In this document: piece after piece, positions 42,601-57,700 of the stretch | Numbering within the stretch: position 1 is the stretch's first letter | How the letters are laid out: the number at the start of each line of letters is the position of its first letter | Assembly (NCBI GenBank): GCA_964016885.1 | Contig: OZ024741.1 | Coordinates: forward strand, 9,486,001 to 9,550,000 | Length of the DNA: 64,000 nt | Reading direction: 5' to 3' | From: Eledone cirrhosa | Lineage: Eukaryota | Notes under the pieces: model-generated | What the model was told of the DNA's origin: nothing | Databases searched by the model: none | Seen by the model: only the letters and a program-made list of their open reading frames with translations | Translations under genes and position numbers: made by a program

Positions 42601-44830
42601 AGTGTCGAAACTAAAGGTACGACAGTGTTGAAACTAAAGATACCACAGTGTTGAAACTAAAGATATCACAGTGTTGAAACTAAAGGTACCACAGTGATGT
42701 AACTAAAGGTACCACAACGTTGTAACTAAATGTACCAGAGTGTTCAAACTAAATGTATCATAGTGTTGAAACTAAAGGTACCTCAGTGTTGAAACTAAAG
42801 GTACCACAGTGTTGAAACTAAAGGTATCACAGTATTGAAACTAAAGTACCACAGTGTTGAAACTAAAGGTATCACAGTTTTGAAACTAAAGTACCACAGT
42901 GTTGAAACTAAAGTACCAGAGTGTTGAAACTAAAGGTACCACAGTGTTGAAACTAAAGGTACCACAGTGTTGAAACGAAAGGTACCACAGTGTTGAAACT
43001 AAAGGTATCAGAGTGTTGAAACTAAAGGTACCACAGTGATGTATCTAAATGTACCAGAGTGTTGAAACTAAAGGTATCAGATTGTTGAAACTAAAGGTAC
43101 CACAGTGATGTAACTAAAGGTACCACAGTGTTGAAACCAACGCTACCACAGTGTTGTAACTAAAGGTACCACAGTGTTGAAATTAAAGGTACCACAGTGT
43201 TGAAACTAAATGTAATAGGGTGTTGTAACTAAAGGTACCACAGTGTTGAAACTAAAGTTATCAGAGCGTTGAAACAAAATCTACCACAATGATGTAACTA
43301 AGTGTACCAGAGTCTTGAAACTAAGGGTAGCACAGTGATGAAACTAAAGGTATCACAGTGTTGAAACTAAAGGTACCACAGTGTTGAAACTAAAGGTACC
43401 ACAGTGTTGAAACTAAAGGTATAACAGTGTTGAAACTAAAGGTACCACAGTGATCTAACTAAAGGTACCACAGTTTTGAAACTAAAGGTACCATGGTGTT
43501 GTAACTAAAGATACCACAGTGTTGTAATTAAAGGTACCGCAGTGTTGAAACTAAAGGTACCACAGTGTCGAAACTAAAGGTACGACAGTGTTGAAACTAA
43601 AGGTACCACAGTGTTTAAACTAAACTACCACAGTGTTGAAACTAAAGCTACCACAGTATTGAAACTAAAGTACCACAGTGTTGAAACTAAAGTTATCACA
43701 GTTTTGAAACTAAAGGTACCACGGTGGTGAACCTAAAGGTTCCACAGTGATGTAACTGAAGGTACCACAGTGTTGAAACTAAAGTACCAGGGTGTTGAAA
43801 CTAAAGGTACCACAGTGTTGAAACTAAAGGTACCACAGTGTTGAAACTAAAGGTACCACGGTGGTGAACCTAAAAGTTCCACAGTGATGTAACTGAAGGT
43901 ACCACAGTGTTGAAACCAACGGTACGACAGTGTTGAAATTAAAGGTACCACAGTGTTGAAACTAAATGTAATAGAGTGTTGTAACTACAGGTACCACAGT
44001 GTTGAAAGTAAAGGTATTAGAGCGTTGAAACGAAATCTACCACAATGATGTAACTAAGTGTACCAGAGTCTTGAAACTAAGGGTAGCACAGTGATGAAAC
44101 TAAAGGTATCACAGTGTTGAAACTAAAGGTACCACAGTGTTGAAACTAAAGGTACCACAGTGTTGAAACTAAAGGTATAACAGTGTTGAAACTAAAGGTA
44201 CCACAGTGATCTAACTAAAGGTACCACAGTGTTGAAACTAAAGGTACCATGGTGTTGTAACTAAAGATACCACAGTGTTGTAATTAAAGGTACCGCAGTG
44301 TTGAAACTAAAGGTACCACAGTGTCGAAACTAAAGGTACGACAGTGTTGAAACTAAAGGTACCACAGTGTTGAAACTAAATGTACCAGAGTGTTCAAACT
44401 AAATGTATCATAGTGTTGAAACTAAAGGTACCTCAGTGTTGAAACTAAAGGTACCACAGTGTTGAAACTAAAGGTATCACAGTGTTTAAACTAAACTACC
44501 ACAGTGTTGAAACTAAAGCTACCACAGTATTGAAACTAAAGTACCACAGTGTTGAAACTAAAGTATCAGAGTGTTGAAACTAAAGGTACCACAGTGTTGA
44601 AACTAAAGGTACCACGGTGGTGAACCTAAAGGTTCCACAGTGATGTAACTGAAGGTACCACAGTGTTGAATCTAAAGGTATCAGAGTGTTGAAACTAAAG
44701 GTACCAGAGTGATGTAACTAAACGTACAACAGTGTTGAAAATAAATGTACCACAATGTTGTAACTAAAGGTACCACAGTGTTACACCTAAAGGTACCATA
44801 GTGCTGAAACTAAAGGTATCAGAATGTTGT

Positions 44831-47800
44831 AACTAAAGTTACCACAGTGTTGAAATTAAAGATGTCACAGTGTTGAAACTAAAGGTACCACAGTGTTGAA
44901 ACTAAAGGTGCCACAGTATTGTAACTAAAGGTACCACAGTGGTGTAACTAAGTGTACAATAGTGTTGAAACTAATGGTACCACAGTGTTGTAACTAAAGG
45001 TTCGACAGTGTTCAAACTAAAGGTACCACAATGTTGTAACTAAATGTACCACAGTTTTGAAACTAACGCTATCAGAATGTTGAAACTAAAGGTACCACAG
45101 TGTTGAAACTAAAGGTATCAGAGTGTTGAAACTAAAAATGTACCACAGTCTTGAAACCAATGGTACCACAGTCTTGAAACTAAAGGTATCAGAGTGTTGA
45201 AACTAAAGATACCACGGTGGTGAAACTAAAGGTACCACAGTGATGTAACTAAAGGTACAACAGTGTTGTAACTAAAGATACCACAGTGTTGTAATTAAAG
45301 GTACCACAGTGTCGAAACTAAAGATATCACAGTGTTGAAACTAAAGGTACCACAGTGATGTAACTAAAGGTACCAGAACGTTGTAACTAAATGTACCAGA
45401 GTGTTCAAACTAAATGTATCATAGTGTTGAAACTAAAGGTACCTCAGTGTTGAAACTAAAGGTACCACAGTGTTGAAACTAAAGGTATCACAGTATTGAA
45501 ACTAAAGTACCACAGTGTTGAAACTAAAGGTATCACAGTTTTGAAACTAAAGTACCACAGTGTTGAAACTAAAGTACCAGAGTGTTGAAACTAAAGGTAC
45601 CACAGTGTTGAAACTAAAGGTACCACAGTGTTGAAACTAAAGGTATCAGAGTGTTGAAACTAAAGGTACCACAGTGTTGAAACGAAAGGTACCACAGTGT
45701 TGAAACTAAAGGTATCAGAGTGTTGAAACTAAAGGTACCACAGTGATGTATCTAAATGTACCAGAGTGTTGAAACTAAAGGTATCAGATTGTTGAAACTA
45801 AAGGTACCACAGTGATGTAACTAAAGGTACCACAGTGTTGAAACCAACGGTACCACAGTGTTGTAACTAAAGGTACCACAGCGTTGTAACTAAAGGTAAT
45901 AGAGTGTTGAAACTAAAGGTTCCACAGTGTTGAAACTAAAGGTACCACTGTGTTGAAACTAAAGGTACCACAGTGTTGAAATTAAAGGTACCACAGTGTT
46001 GAAACTGAATGTAATAGGGTGTTGTAACTAAAGGTACCACAGTGTTGAAACTAAAGGTATCAGAGCGTTGAAACAAAATCTACCACAATGATGTAACTAA
46101 GTGTACCAGAGTCTTGAAACTAAGGGTAGCACGGTGATGAAACTAAAGGTATCACAGTGTTGAAACTAAAGGTACCACAGTGTTGAAACTAAAGGTACCA
46201 CAGTGTTGAAACTAAAGGTACCATGGTGTTGTAACTAAAGATACCACAGTGTTGTAATTAAAGGTACCGCAGTGTTGAAACTAAAGGTACCACAGTGTCG
46301 AAACTAAAGGTACGAGAGTGTTGAAACTAAAGGTACCACAGTGTTGAAACTAAAGATATCACAGTGTTGAAACTAAAGGTACCACAGTGATGTAACTAAA
46401 GGTACCACAACGTTGTAACTAAATGTACCAGAGTGTTCAAACTAAATGTATCATAGTGTTGAAACTAAAGGTACCTCAGTGTTGAAACTAAAGGTACCAC
46501 AGTGTTGAAACTAAAGATATCACAGTGTTTAAACTAAACTACCACAGTGTTGAAACTAAAGCTACCACAGTATTGAAACTAAAGTACCACAGTCGTGAAA
46601 CTAAAGGTATCACAGTTTTGAAACTAAAGGTACCACGGTGGTGAACCTAAAGGTTCCACAGTGATGTAACTGAAGGTACCACAGTGTTGAAACTAAAGTA
46701 CCAGAGTGTTGAAACTAAATGTACCACAGTGTTGAAACTAAAGGTACCACAGTGTTGAAACTAAAGGTATCAGAGTGTTGAAACTAAAGATACCACAGTG
46801 TTGAAACTAAAGGTACCACGGTGGTGAACCTAAAGGTTCCACAGTGATGTAACTGAAGGTACCACAGTGTTGAAATCAACGGTACCACAGTGTTGTAACT
46901 AAAGGTACCACAGTGTTGTAACTAAAGGTAATAGAGTGTTGAAACTTAAGGTTCCACAGTGTTGAAACTCAAGGTACCACTGTGTTGAAACTAAAGGTAC
47001 CACAGTGTTGAAATTAAAGGTACCACAGTGTTGAAACTAAATGTAATAGAGTGTTGTAACTAAAGGTACCACAGTGTTGAAACTAAAGGTATCAGAGCGT
47101 TGAAACGAAATCTACCACAATGATGTAACTAAGTGTACCAGAGTCTTGAAACTAAGGGTAGCACAGTGATGAAACTAAAGGTACCACAGTGTTGAAACTA
47201 AAGGTACCACATTGTTGAAACTAAAGGTATAACAGTGTTGAAACTAAAGGTACCACAGTGATCTAACTAAAGGTACCACAGTGTTGAAACTAAAGGTACC
47301 ATGGTGTTGTAACTAAAGATACCACAGTGTTGTAATTAAAGGTACCGCAGTGTTGAAACTAAAGGTACCACAGTGTCGAAACTAAAGGTACGACAGTGTT
47401 GAAACTAAAGGTACCACAGTGTTGAAACTAAATGTACCAGAGTGTTCAAACTAAATGTATCATAGTGTTGAAACTAAAGGTACCACAGTGTTGAAACTAA
47501 AGGTACCACAGTGTTGAAACTAAAGGTATCACAGTGTTTAAACTAAACTACCACAGTGTTGAAACTAAAGCTACCACAGTATTGAAACTAAAGTACCACA
47601 GTGTTGAAACTAAAGTACCAGAGTGTTGAAACTAAAGGTACCACAGTGTTGAAACTAAAGGTACCACAGTGTTGAAACTAAAGGTATCAGAGTGTTGAAA
47701 CTAAAGGTACCACAGTGTTGAAACTAAAGGTACCACGGTGGTGAACCTAAAGGTTCCACAGTGATGTAATTGAAGGTACCACAGTGTTGAATCTAAAGGT

Positions 47801-50800
47801 ATCAGAGTGTTGAAACTAAAGGTACCAGAGTGATGTAACTAAATGTACAACAGTGTTGAAAATAAATGTACCACAATGTTGTAACTAAAGGTACCACAGT
47901 GTTACACCTAAAGGTACCATAGTGCTGAAACTAAAGGTATCAGAATGTTGTAACTAAAGTTACCACAGTGTTGAAATTAAAGATGTCACAGTGTTGAAAC
48001 TAAAGGTACCACAGTGTTGAAACTAAAGCTGCCACAGTATTGTAACTAAAGGTACCACAGTGTAGTAACTAAGTGTAAAATAGTGTTGAAACTAATGGTA
48101 CCACAGTGTTGTAACTAAAGGTACGACAGTGTTCAAACTAAAGGTACCACAATGTTGTAACTAAATGTACCACAGTTTTGAAACTAACGCTATCAGAATG
48201 TTGAAACTAAAGGTACCACAGTGTTAAAACTAAAGGTATCAGAGTGTTGAAACTAAAGGTACCACAGTCTTGAAACTAATGGTACCACAGTCTTGAAACT
48301 AAAGGTATCAGAGTGTTGAAACTAAAGATACCACGGTGGTGAAACTAAAGGTACCACAGTGATGTAACTAAAGGTACAACAGTGTTGTAACTAAAGATAC
48401 CACAGTGTTGTAATTAAAGTTACCGCAGTGTTGAAACTAAAGGTACCACAGTGTCGAAACTAAAGATATCACAGTGTTGAAACTAAAGGTACCACAGTGA
48501 TGTAACTAAAGGTACCACAACGTTGTAACTAAATGTACCAGAGTGTTCAAACTAAATGTATCATAGTGTTGAAACTAAAGGTACCTCAGTGTTGAAACTA
48601 AAGGTACCACAGTGTTGAAACTAAAGGTATCACAGTATTGAAACTAAGGGTACCACAGTGTTGAAACTAAAGGTATCACAGTTTTGAAACTAAAGTACCA
48701 CAGTGTTGAAACTAAAGTACCAGAGTGTTGAAACTAAAGGTACCACAGTTTTGAAACTAAAGGTACCACAGTGTTGAAACTAAAGGTATCAGAGTGTTGA
48801 AACTAAAGGTACCACAGTGTTGAAACGAAAGGTACCACAGTGTTGAAACCAAAGGTATCAGAGTGTTGAAACTAAAGGTACCGCAGTGATGTATCTAAAT
48901 GTACCAGAGTGTTGAAACTAAAGGTATCAGATTGTTGAAACTAAAGGTACCACAGTGATGTAACTAAAGGTACCACAGTGTTGAAACCAACGGTACCACA
49001 GTGTTGTAACTAAAGGTACCACAGCGTTGTAACTAAAGGTACCACAGTGTTGAAACTAAAGGTACCACAGTGTTGAGATTAAAGGTACCACAGTGTTGAA
49101 ACTAAAGGTATCAGAGCGTTGAAACAAAATCTACCACAATGATGTGACTAAGTGTACCAGAGTCTTGAAACTAAGGGTAGCACAGTGATGAAACTAAAGG
49201 TATCACAGAGTTGAAACTAAAGGTACCACAGTGTTGAAACTAAAGGTACCACAGTGTTGAAACTAAAGGTACCACAGTGTTGAAACTAAAGGTACCATGG
49301 TGTTGTAACTAAATATACCACAGTGTTGTAATTAAAGGTACCGCAGTGTTGAAACTAAAGGTACCACAGTGTCGAAACTAAAGGTACGACAGTGTTGAAA
49401 CTAAAGGTACCACAGTGTTGAAACTAAAGATATCACAGTGTTGAAACTAAAGGTACCACAGTGATGTAACTGAAGGTACCACAGTGTTGAAACTAAAGTA
49501 CCAGAGTGTTGAAACTAAATGTACCACAGTGTTGAAACTAAAGGTACCACAGTGTTGAAACTAAAGGTATCAGAGTGTTGAAACTAAAGGTACCACAGTG
49601 TTGAAACTAAAGGTACCACAGTGTTGAAACTAAAGGTATCAGAGTGTTGAAACTAAAGGTACCACAGTGTTGAAACCAACGGTACCACAGTGTTGTAACT
49701 AAAGGTACCACAGTGTTGTAACTAAAGGTAATAGAGTGTTGACACTTAAGGTTCCACAGTGTTGAAACTCAAGGTACCACTGTGTTGAAACTAAAGGTAC
49801 CACAGTGTTGAAATTAAAGGTACCACAGTGTTGAAACTAAATGTAATAGAGTGTTGTAACTAAAGGTACCACAGTGTTGAAACTAAAGGTATCAGAGCGT
49901 TGAAACAAAATCTACCACAATGATGTAACCAAGTGTACCAGAGTCTTGAAACTAAGGGTAGCACAGTGATGAAACTAAAGGTATCACAGTGTTGAAACTA
50001 AAGGTACCACAGTGTTGAAACTAAAGGTACCACAGTGTTGAAACTAAAGGTATAACAGTGTTGAAACTAAAAGTACCACAGTGATCTAACTAAAGGTACC
50101 ACAGTGTTGAAACTAAAGGTACCATGGTGTTGTAACTAAAGATACCACAGTGTTGTAATTAAAGGTACCGCAGTGTTGAAACTAAAGGTACCACAGTGTC
50201 GAAACTAAAGGTACGACAGTGTTGAAACTAAAGGTACCACAGTGTTGAAACTAAATGTGCCAGAGTGTTCAAACTAAATGTATCATAGTGTTGAAACTAA
50301 AGGTACCTCAGTGTTGAAACTAAAGGTACCACAGTGTTGAAACTAAAGGTATCACAGTGTTTAAACTAAACTACCACAGTGTTGAAACTAAAGCTACCAC
50401 AGTATTGAAACTAAAGTACCACAGTGTTGAAACTAAAGTACCAGAGTGTTGAAACTAAAGGTACCACAGTGTTGAAACTGAAGGTACCACAGTGTTGAAA
50501 CTAAAGGTATCAGAGTGTTGAAACTAAAGGTACCACAGTGTTGAAACTAAAGGTACCACGGTGGTGAACCTAAAGGTTCCACAGTGATGTAACTGAAGGT
50601 ACCACAGTGTTGAATCTAAAGGTATCAGAGTGTTGAAACTAAAGGTACCAGAGTGATGTAACTAAACGTACAACAGTGTTGAAAATAAATGTACCACAAT
50701 GTTGTACCTAAAGGTACCACAGTGTTACACCTAAAGGTACCATAGTGCTGAAACTAAAGGTATCAGAATGTTGTAACTAAAGTTACTACAGTGTTGAAAT

Positions 50801-53800
50801 TAAAGATGTCACAGTGTTGAAACTAAAGGTACCACAGTGTTGAAACTAAAGCTGCCACAGTATTGTAACTAAAGGTACCACAGTGTTGTAACTAAGTGTA
50901 AAATAGTGTTGAAACTAATGGTACCACAGTGTTGTAACTAAAGGTACGACAGTGTTCAAACTAAAGGTACCACAATGTTGTAACTAAATGTACCACAGTT
51001 TTGAAACTAACGCTATCAGAATGTTGAAACTAAAGGTACCACAGTGTTGAAACTAAAGGTATCAGAGTGTTGAAACTAAAGGTACCACAGTCTTGAAACT
51101 AATGGTACCACAGTCTTGAAACTAAAGGTATCAGAGTGTTGAAACTAAAGGTACCACGGTGGTGAAACTAAAGGTACCACAATGATGTAACTAAAGGTAC
51201 AACAGTGTTGTAACTAAAGGTACCACAGTGTTGTAACTAAAGGTACCACAGTGTTGTAACTAAAGATACCACTGTGTTGAAACTAAAGGTACCACAGTGT
51301 TGAAACGAATGATACCACAGTGTTGAAACTAAAGGTACCACAGTGTTGAATCTAAAGGTATCACAGTGTTGAGACTAAAGGTACCACAGTGCTGAAACTA
51401 AAGGTACCACAGTGTTGAAACTAAAGGTACAACGGTGTTGAAACTAAAGGTTTCAGAGCGTTGAAACAAAATCTACCACAATGATGTAACTAAGTGTACC
51501 AGAGTCTTGAAACTAAGGGTACCACAGTGATGAAACTAAATGTACCAGAGTGTTGTAACTAAAGGTACAACAGTGTTGAAATTAAAGGTACCACAGTGTT
51601 GAAACTAAAGGTATCACATTGTTGAAACTAAAGGTACCACAGTGTTGAAACTAAAGGTACCACAGTGTTGAAACTAAAGGTATAACAGTGTTGAAACTAA
51701 AGGTACCACAGTGATCTAACTTAAGGTACCAGAGTGTTGAAACTAAAGGTACCATGGTGTTGTAACTAAAGATACCACAGTGTTGTAATTAAAGGTACCG
51801 CAGTGTTGAAACTAAAGGTACCACAGTGTCGAAACTAAAGGTACGACAGTGTTGAAACTAAAGGTACCACAGTGTTGAAACTAAAGATATCACAGTGTTG
51901 AAACTAAAGGTACCACAGTGATGTAACTAAAGGTACCACAACGTTGTAACTAAATGTACCAGAGTGTTCAAACTAAATGTATCATAGTGTTGAAACTAAA
52001 GGTACCTCAGTGTTGAAACTAAAGGTACCACAGTGTTGAAACTAAAGGTATCACAGTGTTTAAACTAAAGCTACCACAGTATTGAAACTAAAGTACCACA
52101 GTGTTGAAACTAAAGGTATCACAGTTTTGAAACTAAAGTACCACAGTGTTGAAACTAAAGTACCAGAGTGTTGAAACTAAAGGTACCACAGTGTTGAAAC
52201 TAAAGGTACCACAGTGTTGAAACTAAAGGTATCAGAGTGTTGAAACTAAAGGTACCACAGTGTTGAAACGAAAGGTACCACAGTGTTGAAACTAAAGGTA
52301 CCATGGTGTTGTAACTAAAGATACCACAGTGTTGTAATTAAAGGTACCGCAGTGTTGAAACTAAAGGTACCACAGTTTCGAAACTATAGGTACGACAGTG
52401 TTGAAACTAAAGGTACCACAGTGTTGAAACTAAATGTACCAGAGTGTTGAAACTAAATGTATCATAGTGTTGAAACTAAAGGTACCTCAGTGTTGAAACT
52501 AAAGGTACCACAGTGTTGAAACTAAAGCTACCACAGTATTGAAACTAAAGTACCACAGTGTTGAAACTAAAGGTATCAAAGTTTTGAAACTAAAGTACCA
52601 CAGTGTTGAAACTAAAGTACCAGAGTGTTGAAACTAAAGGTACCACAGTGTTGAAATTAAAGGTACCACAGTGTTGAACACTAAATGTATCAGAGTGTTG
52701 AAACTAAAGGTACCACAGTGTTGAAACTAAAGGTAGCACGGTGGTGAACCTAAAGGTTCCACAGTGATGTAACTGAAGGTACCACAGTGTTGAATCTAAA
52801 GGTATCAGAGTGTTGAAACTAAAGGTACCAGAGTGATGTAACTAAACGTACAACAGTGTGGAAAATAAATGTACCACAATGTTGTAACTAAAGGTACCAC
52901 AGTGTTACACCTAAAGGTACCATAGTGCTGAAACTAAAGGTATCAGAATGTTGTAACTAAAGTTACCACAGTGTTGAAATTAAAGATGTCACAGTGTTGA
53001 AACTAAAGGTACCACAGTGTTGAAACTAAAGGTGCCACAGTATTGTAACTAAAGGTACCACAGTGTTGTAACTAATTGTACAATAGTGTTGAAACTAATG
53101 GTACCACAGTGTTGTAACTAAAGGTACGACAGTGTTCAAACTAAAGGTACCACAATGTTGTAACTAAATGTACCACAGTTTTGAAACTAACGCTATCAGA
53201 ATGTTGAAACTAAAGGTACCACAGTGTTGAAACTAAAGGTATCAGAGTGTTGAAACTAAAGGTACCACAGTCTTGAAACTAATGGTACCACAGTCTTGAA
53301 ACTAAAGGTATCAGAGTGTTGAAACTAAAGGTACCACGGTGGTGAAACTAAAAGTACCACAGTGATGTAACTAAAGGTACAACAGTGTTGTAACTAAAGG
53401 TACCACAGTGTTGTAACTAAAGGTACCACAGTGTTGTAACTAAAGATACCACAGTGTTGAAACTAAAGGTACCACAGTGTTGAAACGAATTATACCACAG
53501 TGTTGAAACTAAAGGTACCACAGTGTTGAATCTAAAGGTATCACAGTGTTGAGACTAAAGGTACCACAGTGCTGAAACTAAAGGTACCACAGTGTTGAAA
53601 CTAAAGGTACAACGGTGTTGAAACTAAAGGTATCAGAGCGTTGAAACAAAATCTACCACAATGATGTAACTAAGTGTACCAGAGTCTTGAAACTAAGGGT
53701 ACCACAGTGATGAAACTAAATGTACCAAAGTGTTGTAACTAAAGGTACAACAGTGTTGAAATTAAAGGTACCACAGTGTTGAAACTAAAGGTATCACATT

Positions 53801-54741
53801 GTTGAAACTAAAGGTACCACAGTGTTGAAACTAAAGGTACCACAGTGTTGAAACTAAAGGTATAACAGTGTTGAAACTAAAGGTACCACAGTGATCTAAC
53901 TAAAGGTACCAGAGTGTTGAAACTAAAGGTACCATGGTGTTGTAACTAAAGATACCACAGTGTTGTAATTAAAGGTACCGCAGTGTTGAAACTAATGGTA
54001 CCACAGAGTCGAAACTAAAGGTACGACAGTGTTGAAACTAAAGGTACCACAGTGTTGAAACTAAAGATATCACAGTGTTGAAACTAAAGGTACCACAGTG
54101 ATGTAACTAAAGGTACCACAACGTTGTAACTAAATGTACCAGAGTGTTCAAACTAAATGTATCATAGTGTTGAAACTAAAGGTACCTCAGTGTTGAAACT
54201 AAAGGTACCACAGTGTTGAAACTAAAGGTATCACAGTGTTTAAACTAAAGCTACCACAGTATTGAAACTAAAGTACCACAGTGTTTAAACTAAAGGTATC
54301 ACAGTTTTGAAACTAAAGTACCACAGTGTTGAAACTAAAGTACCAGAGTGTTGAAACTAAAGGTACCACAGTGTTGAAACTAAAGGTACCACAGTGTTGA
54401 AACTAAAGGTATCAGAGTGTTGAAACTAAAGGTACCACAGTGTTGAAACGAAAGGTACCACAGTGTTGAAACTAAAGGTACCATGGTGTTGTAACTAAAG
54501 ATACCACAGTGTTGTAATTAAAGGTACCGCAGTGTTGAAACTAAAGGTACCACAGTGTTGAAACTAAATGTACCAGAGTGTTCAAACTAAAGTACCACAG
54601 TGTTGAAACTAAAGGTATCACAGTGTTTAAACTAAAGCTACCACAGTATTGAAACTAAAGTACCACAGTGTTTAAACTAAAGGTATCACAGTTTTGAAAC
54701 TAAAGTACCACAGTGTTGAAGCTAAAGTACCAGAGTGTTGA
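44831..54741. repeat. Copy 1 of a tandem duplication of about 9.9 kb
   Basis: Rare variants with offsets 9910-9934: GGTGTAACTAAG 44941/54852, ACTAAAAATG 45131/55042, TACGAGAG 46311/56245, AGTCGTG 46591/56525, TTTCAGAGCG 51451/61385, CACAGTTTCG 52371/62282, TATACC 53491/63401. Confidence 0.92.
50100..54500. repeat. Internal duplication of about 2.18 kb within the 9.9-kb unit
   Basis: AACGGTGTTG followed by the GAGCGTTGAAACAAAATCT monomer occurs at 51431 and 53611, with the same flanking variant order. Confidence 0.7.
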
Positions 54742-57700
54742 AACTAAAGTTACCACAGTGTTGAAATTAAAGATGTCACAGTGTTGAAACTAAAGGTACC
54801 ACAGTGTTGAAACTAAAGGTGCCACAGTATTGTAACTAAAGGTACCACAGTGGTGTAACTAAGTGTACAATAGTGTTGAAACTAATGGTACCACAGTGTT
54901 GTAACTAAAGGTACGACAGTGTTCAAACTAAAGGTACCACAATGTTGTAACTAAATGTACCACAGTTTTGAAACTAACGCTATCAGAATGTTGAAACTAA
55001 AGGTACCACAGTGTTGAAACTAAAGGTATCAGAGTGTTGAAACTAAAAATGTACCACAGTCTTGAAACTAATGGTACCACAGTCTTGAAACTAAAGGTAT
55101 CAGAGTGTTGAAACTAAAGATACCACGGTGGTGAAACTAAAGGTACCACAGTGATGTAACTAAAGGTACAACAGTGTTGTAACTAAAGATACCACAGTGT
55201 TGTAATTAAAGGTACCACAGTGTCGAAACTAAAGATATCACAGTGTTGAAACTAAAGGTACCACAGTGATGTAACTAAAGGTACCAGAACGTTGTAACTA
55301 AATGTACCAGAGTGTTCAAACTAAATGTATCATAGTGTTGAAACTAAAGGTACCTCAGTGTTGAAACTAAAGGTACCACAGTGTTGAAACTAAAGGTATC
55401 ACAGTATTGAAACTAAAGTACCACAGTGTTGAAACTAAAGGTATCACAGTTTTGAAACTAAAGTACCACAGTGTTGAAACTAAAGTACCAGAGTGTTGAA
55501 ACTAAAGGTACCACAGTGTTGAAACTAAAGGTACCACAGTGTTGAAACTAAAGGTATCAGAGTGTTGAAACTAAAGGTACCACAGTGTTGAAACGAAAGG
55601 TACCACAGTGTTGAAACTAAAGGTATCAGAGTGTTGAAATTAAAGGTACCACAGTGATGTATCTAAATGTACCAGAGTGCTGAAACTAAAGGTATCAGAT
55701 TGTTGAAACTAAAGGTACCACAGTGATGTAACTAAAGGTACCACAGTGTTGAAACCACCGGTACCACAGTGTTGTAACTAAAGGTACCACAGCGTTGTAA
55801 CTAAAGGTAATAGAGTGTTGAAACTAAAGGTTCCACAGTGTTGAAACTAAAGGTACCACTGTGTTGAAACTAAAGGTACCACAGTGTTGAAATTAAAGGT
55901 ACCACAGTGTTGAAACTGAATGTAATAGGGTGTTGTAACTAAAGGTACCACAGTGTTGAAACTAAAGGTATCAGAGCGTTGAAACAAAATCTACCACAAT
56001 GATGTAACTAAGTGTACCAGAGTCTTGAAACTAAGGGTAGCACGGTGATGAAACTAAAGGTATCACAGTGTTGAAACTAAAGGTACCACAGTGTTGAAAC
56101 TAAAGGTACCACAGTGTTGAAACTAAAGGTACCACAGTGTTGAAACTAAAGGTACCATGGTGTTGTAACTAAAGATACCACAGTGTTGTAATTAAAGGTA
56201 CCGCAGTGTTGAAACTAAAGGTACCACAGTGTCGAAACTAAAGGTACGAGAGTGTTGAAACTAAAGGTACCACAGTGTTGAAACTAAAGATATCACAGTG
56301 TTGAAACTAAAGGTACCACAGTGATGTAACTAAAGGTACCACAACGTTGTAACTAAATGTACCAGAGTGTTCAAACTAAATGTATCATAGTGTTGAAACT
56401 AAAGGTACCTCAGTGTTGAAACTAAAGGTACCACAGTGTTGAAACTAAAGATATCACAGTGTTTAAACTAAACTACCACAGTGTTGAAACTAAAGCTACC
56501 ACAGTATTGAAACTAAAGTACCACAGTCGTGAAACTAAAGGTATCACAGTTTTGAAACTAAAGGTACCACGGTGGTGAACCTAAAGGTTCCACAGTGATG
56601 TAACTGAAGGTACCACAGTGTTGAAACTAAAGTACCAGAGTGTTGAAACTAAATGTACCACAGTGTTGAAACTAAAGGTACCACAGTGTTGAAACTAAAG
56701 GTATCAGAGTGTTGAAACTAAAGGTACCACAGTGTTGAAACTAAAGGTGCCACGGTGGTGAACCTAAAGGTTCCACAGTGATGTAACTGAAGGTACCACA
56801 GTGTTGAAATCAACGGTACCACAGTGTTGTAACTAAAGGTACCACAGTGTTGTAACTAAAGGTAATAGAGTGTTGAAACTTAAGGTTCCACAGTGTTGAA
56901 ACTCAAGGTACCACTGTGTTGAAACTAAAGGTACCACAGTGTTGAAATTAAAGGTACCACAGTGTTGAAACTAAATGTAATAGAGTGTTGTAACTAAAGG
57001 TACCACAGTGTTGAAACTAAAGGTATCAGAGCGTTGAAACGAAATCTACCACAATGATGTAACTAAGTGTACCAGAGTCTTGAAACTAAGGGTAGCACAG
57101 TGATGAAACTAAAGGTATCACAGTGTTGAAACTAAAGGTACCACAGTGTTGAAACTAAAGGTACCACATTGTTGAAACTAAAGGTATAACAGTGTTGAAA
57201 CTAAAGGTACCACAGTGATCTAACTAAAGGTACCACAGTGTTGAAACTAAAGGTACCATGGTGTTGTAACTAAAGATACCACAGTGTTGTAATTAAAGGT
57301 ACCGCAGTGTTGAAACTAAAGGTACCACAGTGTCGAAACTAAAGGTACGACAGTGTTGAAACTAAAGGTACCACAGTGTTGAAACTAAATGTACCAGAGT
57401 GTTCAAACTAAATGTATCATAGTGTTGAAACTAAAGGTACCTCAGTGTTGAAACTAAAGGTACCACAGTGTTGAAACTAAAGGTATCACAGTGTTTAAAC
57501 TAAACTACCACAGTGTTGAAACTAAAGCTACCACAGTATTGAAACTAAAGTACCACAGTGTTGAAACTAAAGTACCAGAGTGTTGAAACTAAAGGTACCA
57601 CAGTGTTGAAACTAAAGGTACCACAGTGTTGAAACTAAAGGTATCAGAGTGTTGAAACTAAAGGTACCACAGTGTTGAAACTAAAGGTACCACGGTGGTG